Origin: an uncultured delta proteobacterium
Lineage (GTDB): Bacteria; Desulfobacterota; Binatia; UBA9968
Direction: 5' to 3'
Length of the DNA: 64,000 nt
Assembly: GCA_963755715.1 (NCBI GenBank)
Contig: CAVWLW010000038.1
Span: 53,169 to 117,168 of the forward strand
Shown: positions 40,863 through 52,207 of the stretch, in pieces
Numbering within the stretch: position 1 is the stretch's first letter
Layout of the letters: each line of letters starts with the position of its first letter
The notes under the pieces: model-generated
Seen by the model: only the letters and a program-made list of their open reading frames with translations
Told to the model about the DNA's origin: nothing
Databases searched by the model: none
Made by a program: the position numbers and the translations under genes

Positions 40863-43800
40863 CTAAGGCGCCTTATGCGGTGCCGGATTGCTGATGCTCA
40901 GCTCCGCACCAAGCGCCGATCCTTCCGGCGCCGCAGCGCCGCTTGCGTTCCGCCCACGCATGCGCGCCGGTAATGACACCAAGAATGCTTGGCCCTTCTC
41001 CATGTAAAGATACATGACCGGCGTAATGTACAGAGTCAAAACCTGAGAAATGAGCAAACCACCGACGACAGCGACACCCAAGGGTTGACGCGCCTCCGCA
41101 CCGGCACCCCAGCCGATCGCGATCGGCAAAGCGCCAAAAATCGCCGCCATGGTGGTCATCATGATCGGCCGAAAACGCACCAACGCGCCCTCGTAAATCG
41201 CTTGCGCCGGCGGCTTGTTTTCGTTGCGTTGCCCTTCGAGCGCGAAGTCGATCATCATAATCGCGTTCTTTTTGACGATACCGATCAGCATGATCAAACC
41301 GACAAACGCATAGATACTCAGATCCATGTTGAACAAATACAAAGCGATCAGAGCGCCGAGACCCGGCGGAGGGTAGACCGGAAAGGATCGTTACCGGATG
41401 GATAAAGCTCTCGTAAAGAATTCCCAAGACCAGATAAACGACGAATACCGCGAGAACCAAGAGCACCCACAAGCTTTTGATCGACGATTGAAACTCTTGC
41501 GCGGTGCCTTGAAAACTCGTGCTGACGGAAGCAGGGAGAGTCTCGCGCGCCAGTTTATTGATCTGTTCGACGGCATCGCCGAGCGCCACGCCTTCGCGCA
41601 GATTGAATGATATCGTCGCCGATGGCAGCTGTCCCGAGTGGTTCACCGAAAGCGGACCCACCGTGTAAGCAAGCGTCGCCAGCGCTCCCAACGGCACCAT
41701 CGGCTGGGCCGTCCCTGCTTGGCCGGTGGTGGACCTGATGTTTAGCAGCGACAGCGCCGAGGGGTCATTTTGGAACTTCGGATCGAGCTCGAGGATAACC
41801 TGATACTGATTGTTCGGCGTATTGATCGTCGAGACCTGCCGGGTCGCATAAGCGCTCCAAAACGCTTCTTCGACTTGGCGTTGCGAGATCCCCTGAGCGG
41901 TAATGCCCATGGCGGAGGCCCGGTCTCGGTCCAGCACCACTTTCAGCTGGGGATTTTTGAGCTGTAAATCACTGCCAACATCGCGAAAATCTCCCATCGC
42001 CCGCAAGCGTTCTTCGAACTGCGCCGCAGCACGATAGAGCTCGGGTGCGTCAGGGCTCTGCAGGGTAAATTGATACAAGACTTCGGCTGAGCCGGCCGCC
42101 GACCCGAATGACCGGCGGATTCTGTAATGAGACGCGGATGCCGGGCACGCGCGCCAGCTTGGGCCGGAGCTCACGGATCAATTCGTCCGCGCTGAGCGAT
42201 CGGCACGATTTTAACCATGACGATGTCGGGCAGACTACTGGCCGCTGCGACCGCGCTTTGAGTTTAACGAAAATCCGGCCCGTGTTGCCGGACAAACCGA
42301 CGCCGCCCACGCCGACGCTCGAGAAAAACGACTCGACGTTCGGATCTTTGCCGACGATCGCGGCCAGCTGCTGCTGGTTACGCACCATCTGGTCGAAGGA
42401 AACCCCTTGAGCGCCTTCGGTGTTGATCAGCAACTGGCCGGTGTCTTCGCTCGGTATAAAGCCCTTTGGCACTAAGCCGAACATATGGAATGTCGCCCAC
42501 AGAACGACGAGAGACGCCACCATCGTAGTCACGTGGTGCCGCATCACCCACGCCAGAGTCACTTCATAGCCCCTATTCATGAGATCCAGGCAGCGTCCGA
42601 GGAAATGATAGAGCCGTCCGTGCTTCTGGTCGTGCGGCGGGCGCAAGTAACGGCTGCACAACATCGGCGTGAGGCTAAGTGAAATAAACCCGGAAACGAG
42701 TATCGCTACGCAAATCGTCACGGCAAACTCGCGCAAGAGCCGGCCGAGCATGCCGCTCATGAACAGCACGGGAATAAACGCCGCCACGAGCGAGATCGTC
42801 ATGGAGACAATGGTAAAGCCGATTTCCTGGGCGCCCTTGACTGCAGCCTCGTAAGGCTTCTCGCCCTCTTCCATATGGCGCACGATATTTTCGAGCACGA
42901 CGATGGCGTCGTCGACGACGAAGCCAACGGCCAGAGTCAACGCCATCAGCGACAGATTGTCGAGGCTGTAGTCCAGCAGGTACATGACGGCGAAGGTGCC
43001 GACGATGGACATCGGCAGAGCCAAGCTCGGAATAATCGTCGCCGAGACGTTGCGTAGAAACAAGAAGATCACCAAGATGACCAGAACGATCGTGCCGATC
43101 AGGGTCAATTGGACGTCATGCACGGACTCGCGGATCGACTCGGTACGATCGAAGAAGAAGTCGAGTTTAACCGATTGCGGGATTTGCGTCCGCAAACCCG
43201 GAAGAATTTCTTTAACCGAGTTCACCACGTCGACGACGTTGGCGCCCGGTTGTCTTTGAACGCCAAGAATGACGGCCCTCTTATCTTTAAACCAGCTCGC
43301 CACTTTATTATTTTCAACGCTGTCGATGGCTCGGCCGATATCTTGAATCCGCACCGGCGCGCCGTTGCGATAAGTAACGACCATCGATTGAAAGGCTGCG
43401 CCATTGATCAATTGGCCGTCGGAAACCAAAGTGTACGCTTGCGTTCGGAGCATCCAGAGTGCCGACTGGCAGATCGACGTTTCCCCGCTGGATGGCCGCG
43501 ACACGTCATCGATGCCGATCTGGCGAACCGCCAACTGATTAGGATCAACCTGCACGCGGATGGCATATTTTTGTGAACCGAGCACGTCAACCTGGGCGAC
43601 GCCGCTCACCATCGAGATGCGCTGCGCCAGGATCGTCTGAGCGAATTCATCGACGGTCGACAGCGGCACGGTGTCCGAGGTCAGCGCCAAGAGCATGATG
43701 GAATTATTTGCCGGATTGACTTTCCGATACGACGGCGGGCTCGTCATAGTGGGCGGCAGATCGCGCGCGGTTCGCGCGATCATCGCCTGCACGTCTTGCG

Positions 43801-44118
43801 CGGCGGCATCGACATTCCTGCTCAAGAGTGAATTGTAGCGTGATTTGCGTGCGCCCAAGTGTACTCGTCGAGCTCATCGAATCGAGACCGGCGATCGTCG
43901 AGAAGTTTTTCTCCAGCGGCGTGGCCACGGAAGAGGCCATGGTCTCCGCGCTGGCACCCGCCAAATTGGCGTTGACGGTGATAGTCGGGAAATCGACCGT
44001 CGGTAGATCGCTGACTGGCAGTGATTTATATCCGAGCGATGCCGAAGATAACGAATGCCGATCATGACCAACGTCGTCGTTACCGGGTCGACGAATAAAG
44101 AGATCCCGAGATATTCAT
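40863..44118 (-). CDS. RND efflux permease (MdtB/MdtC-like), several apparent frameshifts
   Basis: [58 protein letters not shown] across overlapping ORFs. Confidence 0.88.
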
Positions 44119-45413
44119 GACGCACTTCGTTCTTCGCCCTTAGCTTTGCTTTTGGCGCGCCCTTTGCCGCCCTCGCCATTGGCGCCTTTGGTTTGCTCGG
44201 CTTTGGCGGCTTCCTTGATGTCCACCTGCGAATTAGGTCCAAGGAGGAATTGCCCTTCGCGCACAACCACTTCCCCGGCATTGAGACCTTTGGTGATCAC
44301 CGATTCGCCCTGTTGAGTCTGCCCAACCGTGACCGGCCTTGACTTCAACCTGTTTGTCTCTGGTCACCACAAACACTTGTTGGCCTTCCGGTCCGACCTG
44401 AATCGACTCCGATGGAATGACGACGGCGTCCCCTTGGGTCGTCAGAGTCAATGCCGCGTTAACGAATTGCCCGGGCCACAGACGGCGCTCCTCGTTGCTA
44501 AAGACACCCTTGAGTCTGACCGTTCCGGTGGAACGATCGACGGCGTTATCGATAAACTCTAGCCGTCCCTGCTCCGGGCGCCCTTCGTCCGATGGAAACG
44601 ATGCGTCGATAAGGAGTTTACCGCTCGCCATGTGTCGCTTGAGAGCAGTTAGATACTGCTCCGGCACGGCGAAAGAAACAAAAATCGGGCTGATCTGATT
44701 GATCACGACCAGCGGCGCGCCGTCGTTGACGCGCACTAAATTCCCTTCGTTGACCAAAAAGCTACCGACCCTGCCGCTCACCGGAGAGTAAATGTAGCAG
44801 TAGCTCAACTGGACTTTGGCATTGTCCACCGCAGCTTTATCCGCCTCGACGACGGCTTGCGCCGCGTCCGCGTTGGTACGGATCTGATCGTACTGCTCCT
44901 TCGATACATACTCCTTGTCGACCAATTCGGCGTAGCGCTTGACCTGCTCGCGCGAGTTGACCAGTTGGGCGTTATCGCGGGATAAATTAGCTTCGGCCTG
45001 TTTAACCGCCGCCTCGAAGGGTCGAGGATCGATGGTAAAAAGCAACTGATCCTTTTTTACGTCGTCCCCTTCTTTAAAATGTATTTTGTAGATAACCCCT
45101 GTCACTTGGCTCTTGATCGAACCGTCGAATAGGCTTCGACGTTGCCGACGGCGCGGATCTGCGTCGGCACGCTCTTCTGAACTGCCGTGGCAACCAAAAC
45201 GGGAACGGTTTCACCCCGAGCCCTGCCTCCAGCCCGACCCTGCGCCTGCGCGCCGGTTGAACGGGCTTGTCCGCTGTCCCCGCTCCCACTCCCTTCAGAG
45301 GTGGTTTGAGCACTGCTTTGAGGTTTGTTAAGTGACCAGGATTGGTATTGTTGGAAACCGGCGAAGCCGATGACGACGATGAGGAATGCGACCACCCAGA
45401 GCGAACGTTTCAT
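44115..45413 (-). CDS. RND efflux periplasmic adaptor (MdtA-like), apparent frameshifts
   Basis: IDPRPF, IYSPVSGRVG, IDNAVDRSTGTV, LWPGQFV. Confidence 0.88.
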
Positions 45414-45464
45414 ATTTTAAGGACCTTAGAAGAGCCCTTTCCCGGTACAATCCCGTGTGCTTAT

Positions 45465-46871
45465 TTACTTAATAGATCCTGGTTTCAATACGGCGACTCG
45501 TGTATCTCCCATCGCCCGTGCCAATTGAGCATCCGCGATCTTGTAGTCATAAACTGTGCGTATATATGTTGTTTGTGCATCGGTGTAAAGAGTCTCCGCG
45601 TCGGTTATTTCGATGATCGATCCGACCCCCACCGCGTAGCGTCCCTGCGCCAAATCGAGGTTTTCCTTGGCGGCCTTGGCCGCGGACTCCGTCGCGTTGA
45701 TGCGCTCCTGGGTTTCCACCACCCTAAGGTAACTCTGCTCGACATCGAGCGCAATCAGTTGCCGGCGTTCTTCCTCCTGGAATTTGACGTTGTAATAGTT
45801 GTGCAAAGTTTCTTCGACTCGGTTGGTGGTGCGAAAGCCGTCGAAGATTGGGATGATCAAACTTAATTGCACCGACCAGGTAGGTTGCAACGGAAACGTA
45901 TTGAGGTTTTGTCCGCCGACGATTTGATCGCTCACATGGCGCCGCCCATAGGCGGCATCAAAGATAATATCCGGCAAATGCATACGCCTGGCGACGGCAA
46001 TCAGTTGATCGGAAGCGCGCCGTTGGGCGTCAAAACTTTTGAGCTCGGTGCGCGTGTCATACGCCCGGGTTCGCGCTTCCGCGAGATTCATGGAGATTTC
46101 CACCTCGGGCGAGTCTACCGCCACGGGTTGCTCCGGCAAGCGCGGCGATCCCATGGCGTTTCGGAGCGTTACCCAGGCAATCTTGACCCCGTTCTCAGCG
46201 GCAATCAGATCGGCTTGCGCGCTGTATAGATTCGCTTCCGCTCTGGCGACATCGATTTTCGCCCGGGTGCCGACTTCGTAGAACCCTCTTGCCTGGCGCA
46301 CCAGCTGGTCTCGACTTTTGACCGTAGCCTGGCGAACTGTTACAAGCGCCTGGGATGCTAAATACACGTAATAAGCCTGCTTGATCGATAGCACGATATC
46401 TTGCTTGGTCGAGTCGTAGTCGTATTTCGTCGCATCCAGCGTATCCCGCGCCGCCTGAACATTGCCTTCGCGTTTGCCGAAGTTATAAAGCGTGTAGTTA
46501 GCGATCGCCTGGCTGCTGAAAGCATCCGCTGCGTGATCATTGCCCCCGTTGGTACTGCTCTGGGTGGTGCGGTACGAATTGACCATGCTGATGGTCGGAT
46601 AATAGGCTGACATTTGTTGGCCGAGCACCGCTTGCTGAGACCCGACTCGTTCGTTCGACGCCTTGATGCGCGGATGATTATCGAGTCCGATGCGCACCGC
46701 ATCTTCTATGGTCAGCAGCTTCCCGGTCGGCGACGGCGAAGTCGGCGTCGCCGGCGTCGCTTGCACCTGCATCTGAATTTCTGCTGCCTGGACCGAGGCA
46801 CTAAGACCCAACCAGCATGCCAAAATGCCGGCAGTTAATCGTAAGATCTGACTAACATTGGTTTGGGTCAT
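45465..46871 (-). CDS. TolC-family outer-membrane efflux protein
   Basis: Signal peptide, LTIEDAVRIGLDNHP, YYPTIS, YEVG...DVARAE, IPIFDGF, YAVGVGSIIEITDA. Confidence 0.9.
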   Translation of the reverse strand: MTQTNVSQILRLTAGILACWLGLSASVQAAEIQMQVQATPATPTSPSPTGKLLTIEDAVRIGLDNHPRIKASNERVGSQQAVLGQQMSAYYPTISMVNSYRTTQSSTNGGNDHAADAFSSQAIANYTLYNFGKREGNVQAARDTLDATKYDYDSTKQDIVLSIKQAYYVYLASQALVTVRQATVKSRDQLVRQARGFYEVGTRAKIDVARAEANLYSAQADLIAAENGVKIAWVTLRNAMGSPRLPEQPVAVDSPEVEISMNLAEARTRAYDTRTELKSFDAQRRASDQLIAVARRMHLPDIIFDAAYGRRHVSDQIVGGQNLNTFPLQPTWSVQLSLIIPIFDGFRTTNRVEETLHNYYNVKFQEEERRQLIALDVEQSYLRVVETQERINATESAAKAAKENLDLAQGRYAVGVGSIIEITDAETLYTDAQTTYIRTVYDYKIADAQLARAMGDTRVAVLKPGSIK

Positions 46872-46992
46872 ACAGTTCCTCCGTGATTGGCGCCGGCAGA
46901 ATATATTGGTTTTAGTCACTGAAAGCAAAACCGCGGACAAGTGTGGCCGTCGCCGTCCAAAATGCCTCGGCCACCCATGGGTGACGGAGCCT

Positions 46993-47769
46993 CTAAGGCA
47001 AGAGTGCAAAGATACGCAGCGGCGCACCGCTGCCTCCCTTGATTTTCATCGGCAGCGCAAAAATCGTCGCGCCTTTGGCCGGCAATCGATCCAGTGCAGC
47101 GACGTTTTCGAAGATCGGCACATTGGCCGCGCCGAGAACTTGATGGACCATGAAATCGTGCGACGGGCCGTGGTCGATACTCGGCGTGTCGATGCCGACC
47201 GCTTTCACGCTTCTCTGTTTGACGAGGAACTCCGCGATCTCCTTCGACAGGCCGGGAAAATGTAGATCGGTAACATTGCCGGGCTCGTCGGTGCCGAAAT
47301 AACGCTTGCGATCGCCCCAGTATTTGCCCCAGCCCGTGTGTGCCAGCACAATCGAGCCCGGCGCGATCCGCCCATGAATTTTTTCCCAGGCGCGCAGGTC
47401 GTCGACACGAAATAAATAATCCGGATTGGTTTCGGTCTTGCGCCGAAGATCGATCACGATGCCCGGACCGATGGTTCGCGCCAGGGGAATCTGTTCGGCG
47501 GTCCACTTGCCTTCGGCAAAGTGAAACGGCGCGTCCATGTGCGTGCCGACGTGTTCGGAGCCGCTGTAATCGTAAGAAGAATACCAGTAGCCTGCCGGCG
47601 TCCTTCCTTCGCTTACTTTTTCCAGATGAAACGGTTTGGCGGTCGGCCAGTGATGGGTTTCTTCGCTGAAAGGATAAGTCAAATCAACCAGCTTTTTTTC
47701 GTCCAATGCATGCGCAGGCGATACCCATAAAATCAGCGAGAACGACAATACGAGCAGCGTTCTCATCAT
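46993..47769 (-). CDS. Cyclase family (kynurenine formamidase-like) metal hydrolase with signal peptide
   Basis: EHVGTHMDAPFHF, HTGWG, GIDTPSID, ENVAAL, GGSGAPLR. Confidence 0.9.
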   Translation of the reverse strand: MMRTLLVLSFSLILWVSPAHALDEKKLVDLTYPFSEETHHWPTAKPFHLEKVSEGRTPAGYWYSSYDYSGSEHVGTHMDAPFHFAEGKWTAEQIPLARTIGPGIVIDLRRKTETNPDYLFRVDDLRAWEKIHGRIAPGSIVLAHTGWGKYWGDRKRYFGTDEPGNVTDLHFPGLSKEIAEFLVKQRSVKAVGIDTPSIDHGPSHDFMVHQVLGAANVPIFENVAALDRLPAKGATIFALPMKIKGGSGAPLRIFALLP

Positions 47770-47806
47770 AGCTCCTCCAATTTCTGGCTTGGTAATCTGA
47801 AAAGCG

Positions 47807-48247
47807 TCAACGGTTCGCGCGGATGGCATCGAGTTGGCGGCGGGCATCGCCGAAGTCCGGATTGATCTTGAGAGCGGCTTCAAATTCTTTTTCAGCCTCG
47901 GCGCGGCGCCCGGCATCGGCGAGAGCCCGGCCCAATTCATAATGGGCGACGTCGTCGTCCGGACAAATGGCCAGCCCGTCGCGGTAAAGCAAAATCACCT
48001 GATCGCGATTGGTCGATGACTGGGCTTTATCAAAATATTCGCGAAAGGCGCGCACGCAGTCTTGCTGCTTTTGATCCTGGACCTGTTGTCCCGCGGCGAG
48101 CGCCTCCAATTCTTTGCGTTGGCGGGTGATCTCGGCTTGCTGCTGGCGGATCTGCTCGGCTTGTCGCTCCAGAGCCTCCGAGTTGCAACCCGCCCACACG
48201 AGAGCGCAAATGAAAATTAGATAAATCCTGTTTCTGTCTCGCTTCAT
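47807..48247 (-). CDS. Small TPR lipoprotein with coiled coil
   Basis: Lipobox WAGC, Q-rich coiled coil, C-terminal TPR AHYELGRAL...ALKINP. Confidence 0.75.
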   Translation of the reverse strand: MKRDRNRIYLIFICALVWAGCNSEALERQAEQIRQQQAEITRQRKELEALAAGQQVQDQKQQDCVRAFREYFDKAQSSTNRDQVILLYRDGLAICPDDDVAHYELGRALADAGRRAEAEKEFEAALKINPDFGDARRQLDAIRANR

Positions 48248-48267
48248 TATTTATTTGCTGGGTAATT

Positions 48268-50591
48268 TTACGATTTATTATGCTCCAACCCAAGATAAAT
48301 TTTTTCCGCTTTGATCGGCAAGTCTTTGATGCGCACGCCGACGGCGTCGTAAATCGCGTTGGCGATCGCCGGCGCGACGGGGATCAGCGCGCTCTCGCCG
48401 ATGCCTTTCGCACCGAAAGGGCCGTTTCGATCGGGCACCTCGACGCAAATCGGATCGATCACCGGCGGCATATCGCCGAGAGAAGGCAAAACGTAATCGA
48501 CCAGGTTCGGATTGATCAGCTGTCCGTTGTCGTAGGCGATCTCTTCGAACATCGCCTGGCCGATCCCGGTGATCGCCGCGCCGGCAAGCTGCTGGCGGCA
48601 GCCGAGCGGATTGAGCGCCTTGCCGACGTCGACCGCCGTCGCATATTTAAGGAGTTTGAATTTTCCGGTATCAACATCGACTTCGACCTCTGCGGCGCCG
48701 GCAGCGAGAAACCAGAACGCAGAAGTGCTCTTTTCGCCGAATTCGTCTTTGACGGAAGTTTTGACCTGTCCCTCGCCGACCAGTGTGCCGCCTTGCATGC
48801 CGAAGCGCTTGAACATCACCTCGGCATAATCCAGTTGCGTTTCCGGCAAGCGAATCTTGCCGTCGGCAAAAACTATCTTATCTTCCGGAACTGCGTATTC
48901 CTTCGCGACGATCTGCTTGAGCTGGCGCATGATGTCCTGCGCCGCCAACTGCACGGCTTTACCCATGTGAAAAGTCGAGCGGCTCGACGAAGTCGTCAGA
49001 TCGTAAGGCACGACATCGGTGTCGACGCCGAGCACTTGGATTTTTTGCCAGTGCGAATCCCCAACTCCTTGCCGGCGATCTGCGCCAGCACCGTCTCCGA
49101 GCCCTGCCCCATCTCGACCGTGCCGCTATATATGGATAGGCTCGCGTCCTCGTTGAGCTTCACCACCGCGCAAGAGATCGACGGCGTGATCGTCGCCTTG
49201 ATCATGCAAGCGAGACCTTTGCCGCGCCGGATGTTTCCCGACTTTGAACCTTGAACGCTTGAACTTTTGAACTTGTTCGAATCCCATCCAATCGACTTGG
49301 CGACTTCGTCGAGACACTCTTTGAGGCCGATCGCGCGCAGAGTTTCTTCGGTGACGAACGTATCGCCCTCGTTGTAGCCGTTCTTTTTTCTCAGCTCGAG
49401 CGGATCCATCTTGAGCGCCGCGGCGATGATATCCATCTGCGACTCGACGGCCCAAGCGGATTGCGAAACGCCGAAGCCGCGAAATGCGCCGGCCGGCGGC
49501 TTATTGGTGTAAACGGAATAGGAATCGATTTTCAGGTTGGGAATCCGGTACGGACCGCATGCGGTGTAGCCGGACTTTTTCGCTACCCGTGGCCCGATCT
49601 CGGCGTAGGCGCCGGTGTCGAGATGAATCTCGCACTCGCGCGCCACCAGCGTGCCGTCCTTCTTGACGCCGGTCTTCATGCGAATCACCGCGGCGTGCTT
49701 GGTGATCGTGTAAAATACTTCTTCGCGCGACAGCACAACGCGCACGGGTCGACCCGCTTTCTGCGCCAGCGCCACGGTGATCGGCTCGACTTTCGGATAC
49801 ACTTTGCCGCCGTAGCCGCCGCCGAGGTAAGGCACGATAACGCGCACTTTGGCGACCGGTACTTTAAAAATATTGGCGAGCTGGGTGCGCACGACGAAGG
49901 GATTTTGCGTCGTCGCCCAGACGGTGATGCGCCCGCCGGGCTCGACGGACGCGATACAAGCGTGCGTCTCGAGAAAGCAATGCTGTGTCGCCGGCAGCGT
50001 GAACGTGTCCTCGAAAACATGGTCGGCTTCAGCGAAGCCTTTGTGAATATCACCGCGATCGAGCTTGAAGTGGGTGCAAACGTTGGTGCCTTCGACCGGT
50101 TTGATCTCAGCCAAATCGGCGAAACCGGAACTCGGCAGTTTGACCGAATCGTGCACCAGGGTCGCGCCCGATTTTAGCGCTTGGTGAACGTCCAAAACCG
50201 CCGGCAGTTCCTCATAGTCGACTTCGATCAAGCGCAACGCTTCTTCCGCCGCATCGACGCTCAAGGCCGCAACCGCCGCCACCGGATCGCCGACATGCCT
50301 GACTTTCTCCACGGCCACGATCGTTTGATCTTTGAACACCGGACCGTAGTAAGGTTCGATGCCCTCGTCGTGCAGAATATCGTCGCGCGTCAGCACCGCC
50401 ACGACGCCGGGCACTTTCAACGCCTTGGCAGTATCGATCTTCAGAATACGCGCATGAGCGTACGGACTGCGGAGAATCTTGCCATGGCACATGCCCGGGA
50501 CGTTCATGTCGGCAAGATACTGAGCTCTGCCGGTTACTTTGGTCTCATAATCCAGCCGGCGAAATGTTTTTCCGATATCCGCTAGTTCCAT
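48268..50591 (-). CDS. Xanthine dehydrogenase-family molybdopterin-binding subunit (frameshift near 49040)
   Basis: KVTGRAQY, LRSPYAHA, GGGYGGK, AFRGFG, EMGQG, GAKGIGE (catalytic Glu). Confidence 0.9.
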
Positions 50592-50634
50592 GGAAGTCTT
50601 CCGTATTCTACTTTGGCGTTTCTTTCGCAATTCG

Positions 50635-50692
50635 CGTGCTCGTGTTCGTGGTTCGTGTTCGTCTGATCACGAGCACGAGCAACGATCACGAT
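50635..50692. repeat. 6-nt periodic inverted-repeat element
   Basis: CGTGCT CGTGTT CGTGGTT CGTGTT ... CACGAG CACGAG CAACGAT CACGAT. Confidence 0.7.
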
Positions 50693-51151
50693 TTTCCCGC
50701 CACGTTCTTCACCGCCTGCATAATCTCTTGATAGCAACCACAGCGGCAAAAATTACCTGCGAGGTAGTCGCGAATCTGCTGCTCCGAGGGCTGCGGCGCA
50801 TTCGTCGAGCAGCGCTTTCGCGCTGAGAATAAATCCCGAGGTGCAGTAGCCGCACTGCAGCGCGCCAAACTCCATGAAGGCTTCCTGCACCGGATGGAGC
50901 TTGCCGTTAGCGCTCAATCCTTCCACAGTCAAAACTTCGCAGCCGTCGGCATCGACGGCTAAAAACGAGCAGGCGCTCACCGGCTTGCCGTCGAGCAGCA
51001 AAGTGCAAGCGCCGCAGACTTGAATATCGCAACCGAGCTTCGCGCCGGTCAAACCGAACTGCTCGCGCACGAGATCCAGCAGCGTCAGCCGCGGCTCGAC
51101 CTCGGCGCTCCGCTCCAGACCGTTAACTTTAAGTGAAATCGCCTTCTTCAT
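50686..51151 (-). CDS. Molybdenum hydroxylase (2Fe-2S) subunit (frameshift near 50800)
   Basis: GCDIQVCGACT...SAC, QCGYCTSG, GNFCRCGCY. Confidence 0.9.
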
Positions 51152-51170
51152 CAGGAACAATTTTCAATTA

Positions 51171-52060
51171 TCAATTTTCAATTTCCATTCCCATCGCCCG
51201 CTCATACGCCTTCATTGCCGCCCGTTTCACCAGAGTCCCAACGATCGCGCGCTTGTATTGTTCCGACCCGCGTAGATCGTCGGTCGGCTGGCACTCTTGC
51301 GCCGCGATCTTTCCCGCTTCGGCAGCCAATTCGGCCGAGATGTTTTTCCCGGTCAGATTTTCTTCCGCTTTTCGCGCACGCACCGGCGTCGGACCGACAC
51401 AGCCGAGCACGATGCGCGCGTTCTCAATCGAATCTTAGTACCGCTATCCAACGTCAGCCGGACCGCAACGCCGACCGATGGCTTGTCGACCACCGAGCTG
51501 CTGGAAAAGCGAATGTACTCGATACCGGACCGTGGCCGACACGGCGGCAACACCACCTGCGTGATGATTTCATCTTCAGCGAGGCTTGTCGTATAAAAGT
51601 CGAGGAATAGTTCTTCGATGGCAATCGTGCGCGCTCCGTTTGGTCCGACGATTCTCGCTTTGCCGTCAAGCGCAATGAAAATCTGCGACAAATCCGTCAG
51701 CGGTTCGCCGGACGCGAGATTGCCGCCGACCGTGCCCATGTTGCGCACGCGAATATTGGCGACTTCTCTTTCGGCTTCGCAAAGAACCGGAAACTTCTCT
51801 TGGACGAGTGCCGACGTTTCGAGCTCGCGGTGCGTCGTCAGCGCGCCGATGATCAAGCCTTCGGTACTGTCGTAACGAACTCCTTTAAGCTCCTGAATAT
51901 TTTTGATGTTGACCAAAGCCTTGGGCTCAAAAAGCCCCTGCTTCATGAGAATCGTAACATGGGTGCCGCCGGCAAAAACTTTGGCTTCGCCGGCATGTTG
52001 CTGCAACAACGAACACGCTTCAGCCACAGTCGTCGGTTCGAGATAATCGAAATTCTTCAT
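51171..52060 (-). CDS. Molybdenum hydroxylase FAD-binding subunit (frameshift near 51430)
   Basis: FAGGT, IGALTT, VRNMGTVGGNL, DDLRGSEQYKR. Confidence 0.9.
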
Positions 52061-52081
52061 CTAATTTGTCGCGTCTTTGCG

Positions 52082-52140
52082 GTAGGAGCAGGCCCCTGTG
52101 CCTGCCCTTCGGATGGGCAACCACGGGGGGTTGCCCCTAC
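52082..52140. repeat. GTAG-type REP doublet (REPIN-like)
   Basis: GTAGGAGCAGGCCCCTGTGCCTGCCC-ttcggat-GGGCAACCACGGGGGGTTGCCCCTAC: two inverted REP units with GTAG/CTAC ends. Confidence 0.75.
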
Positions 52141-52207
52141 ATCGATCCGATCCTTTTCCGAGCTTGGCGTCTTTGCGCCTTTGCGGGAAAAATCATTTCG
52201 CCGAGTT

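Noticed and set aside
48268-52060. 4-hydroxybenzoyl-CoA reductase or aerobic CO dehydrogenase
   Set aside because: The FAD subunit lacks the Cys-rich [4Fe-4S] insert of HcrB (GGNL runs straight into ASGEP), and the large subunit has AFRGFG rather than the CoxL AYxCSFR motif.
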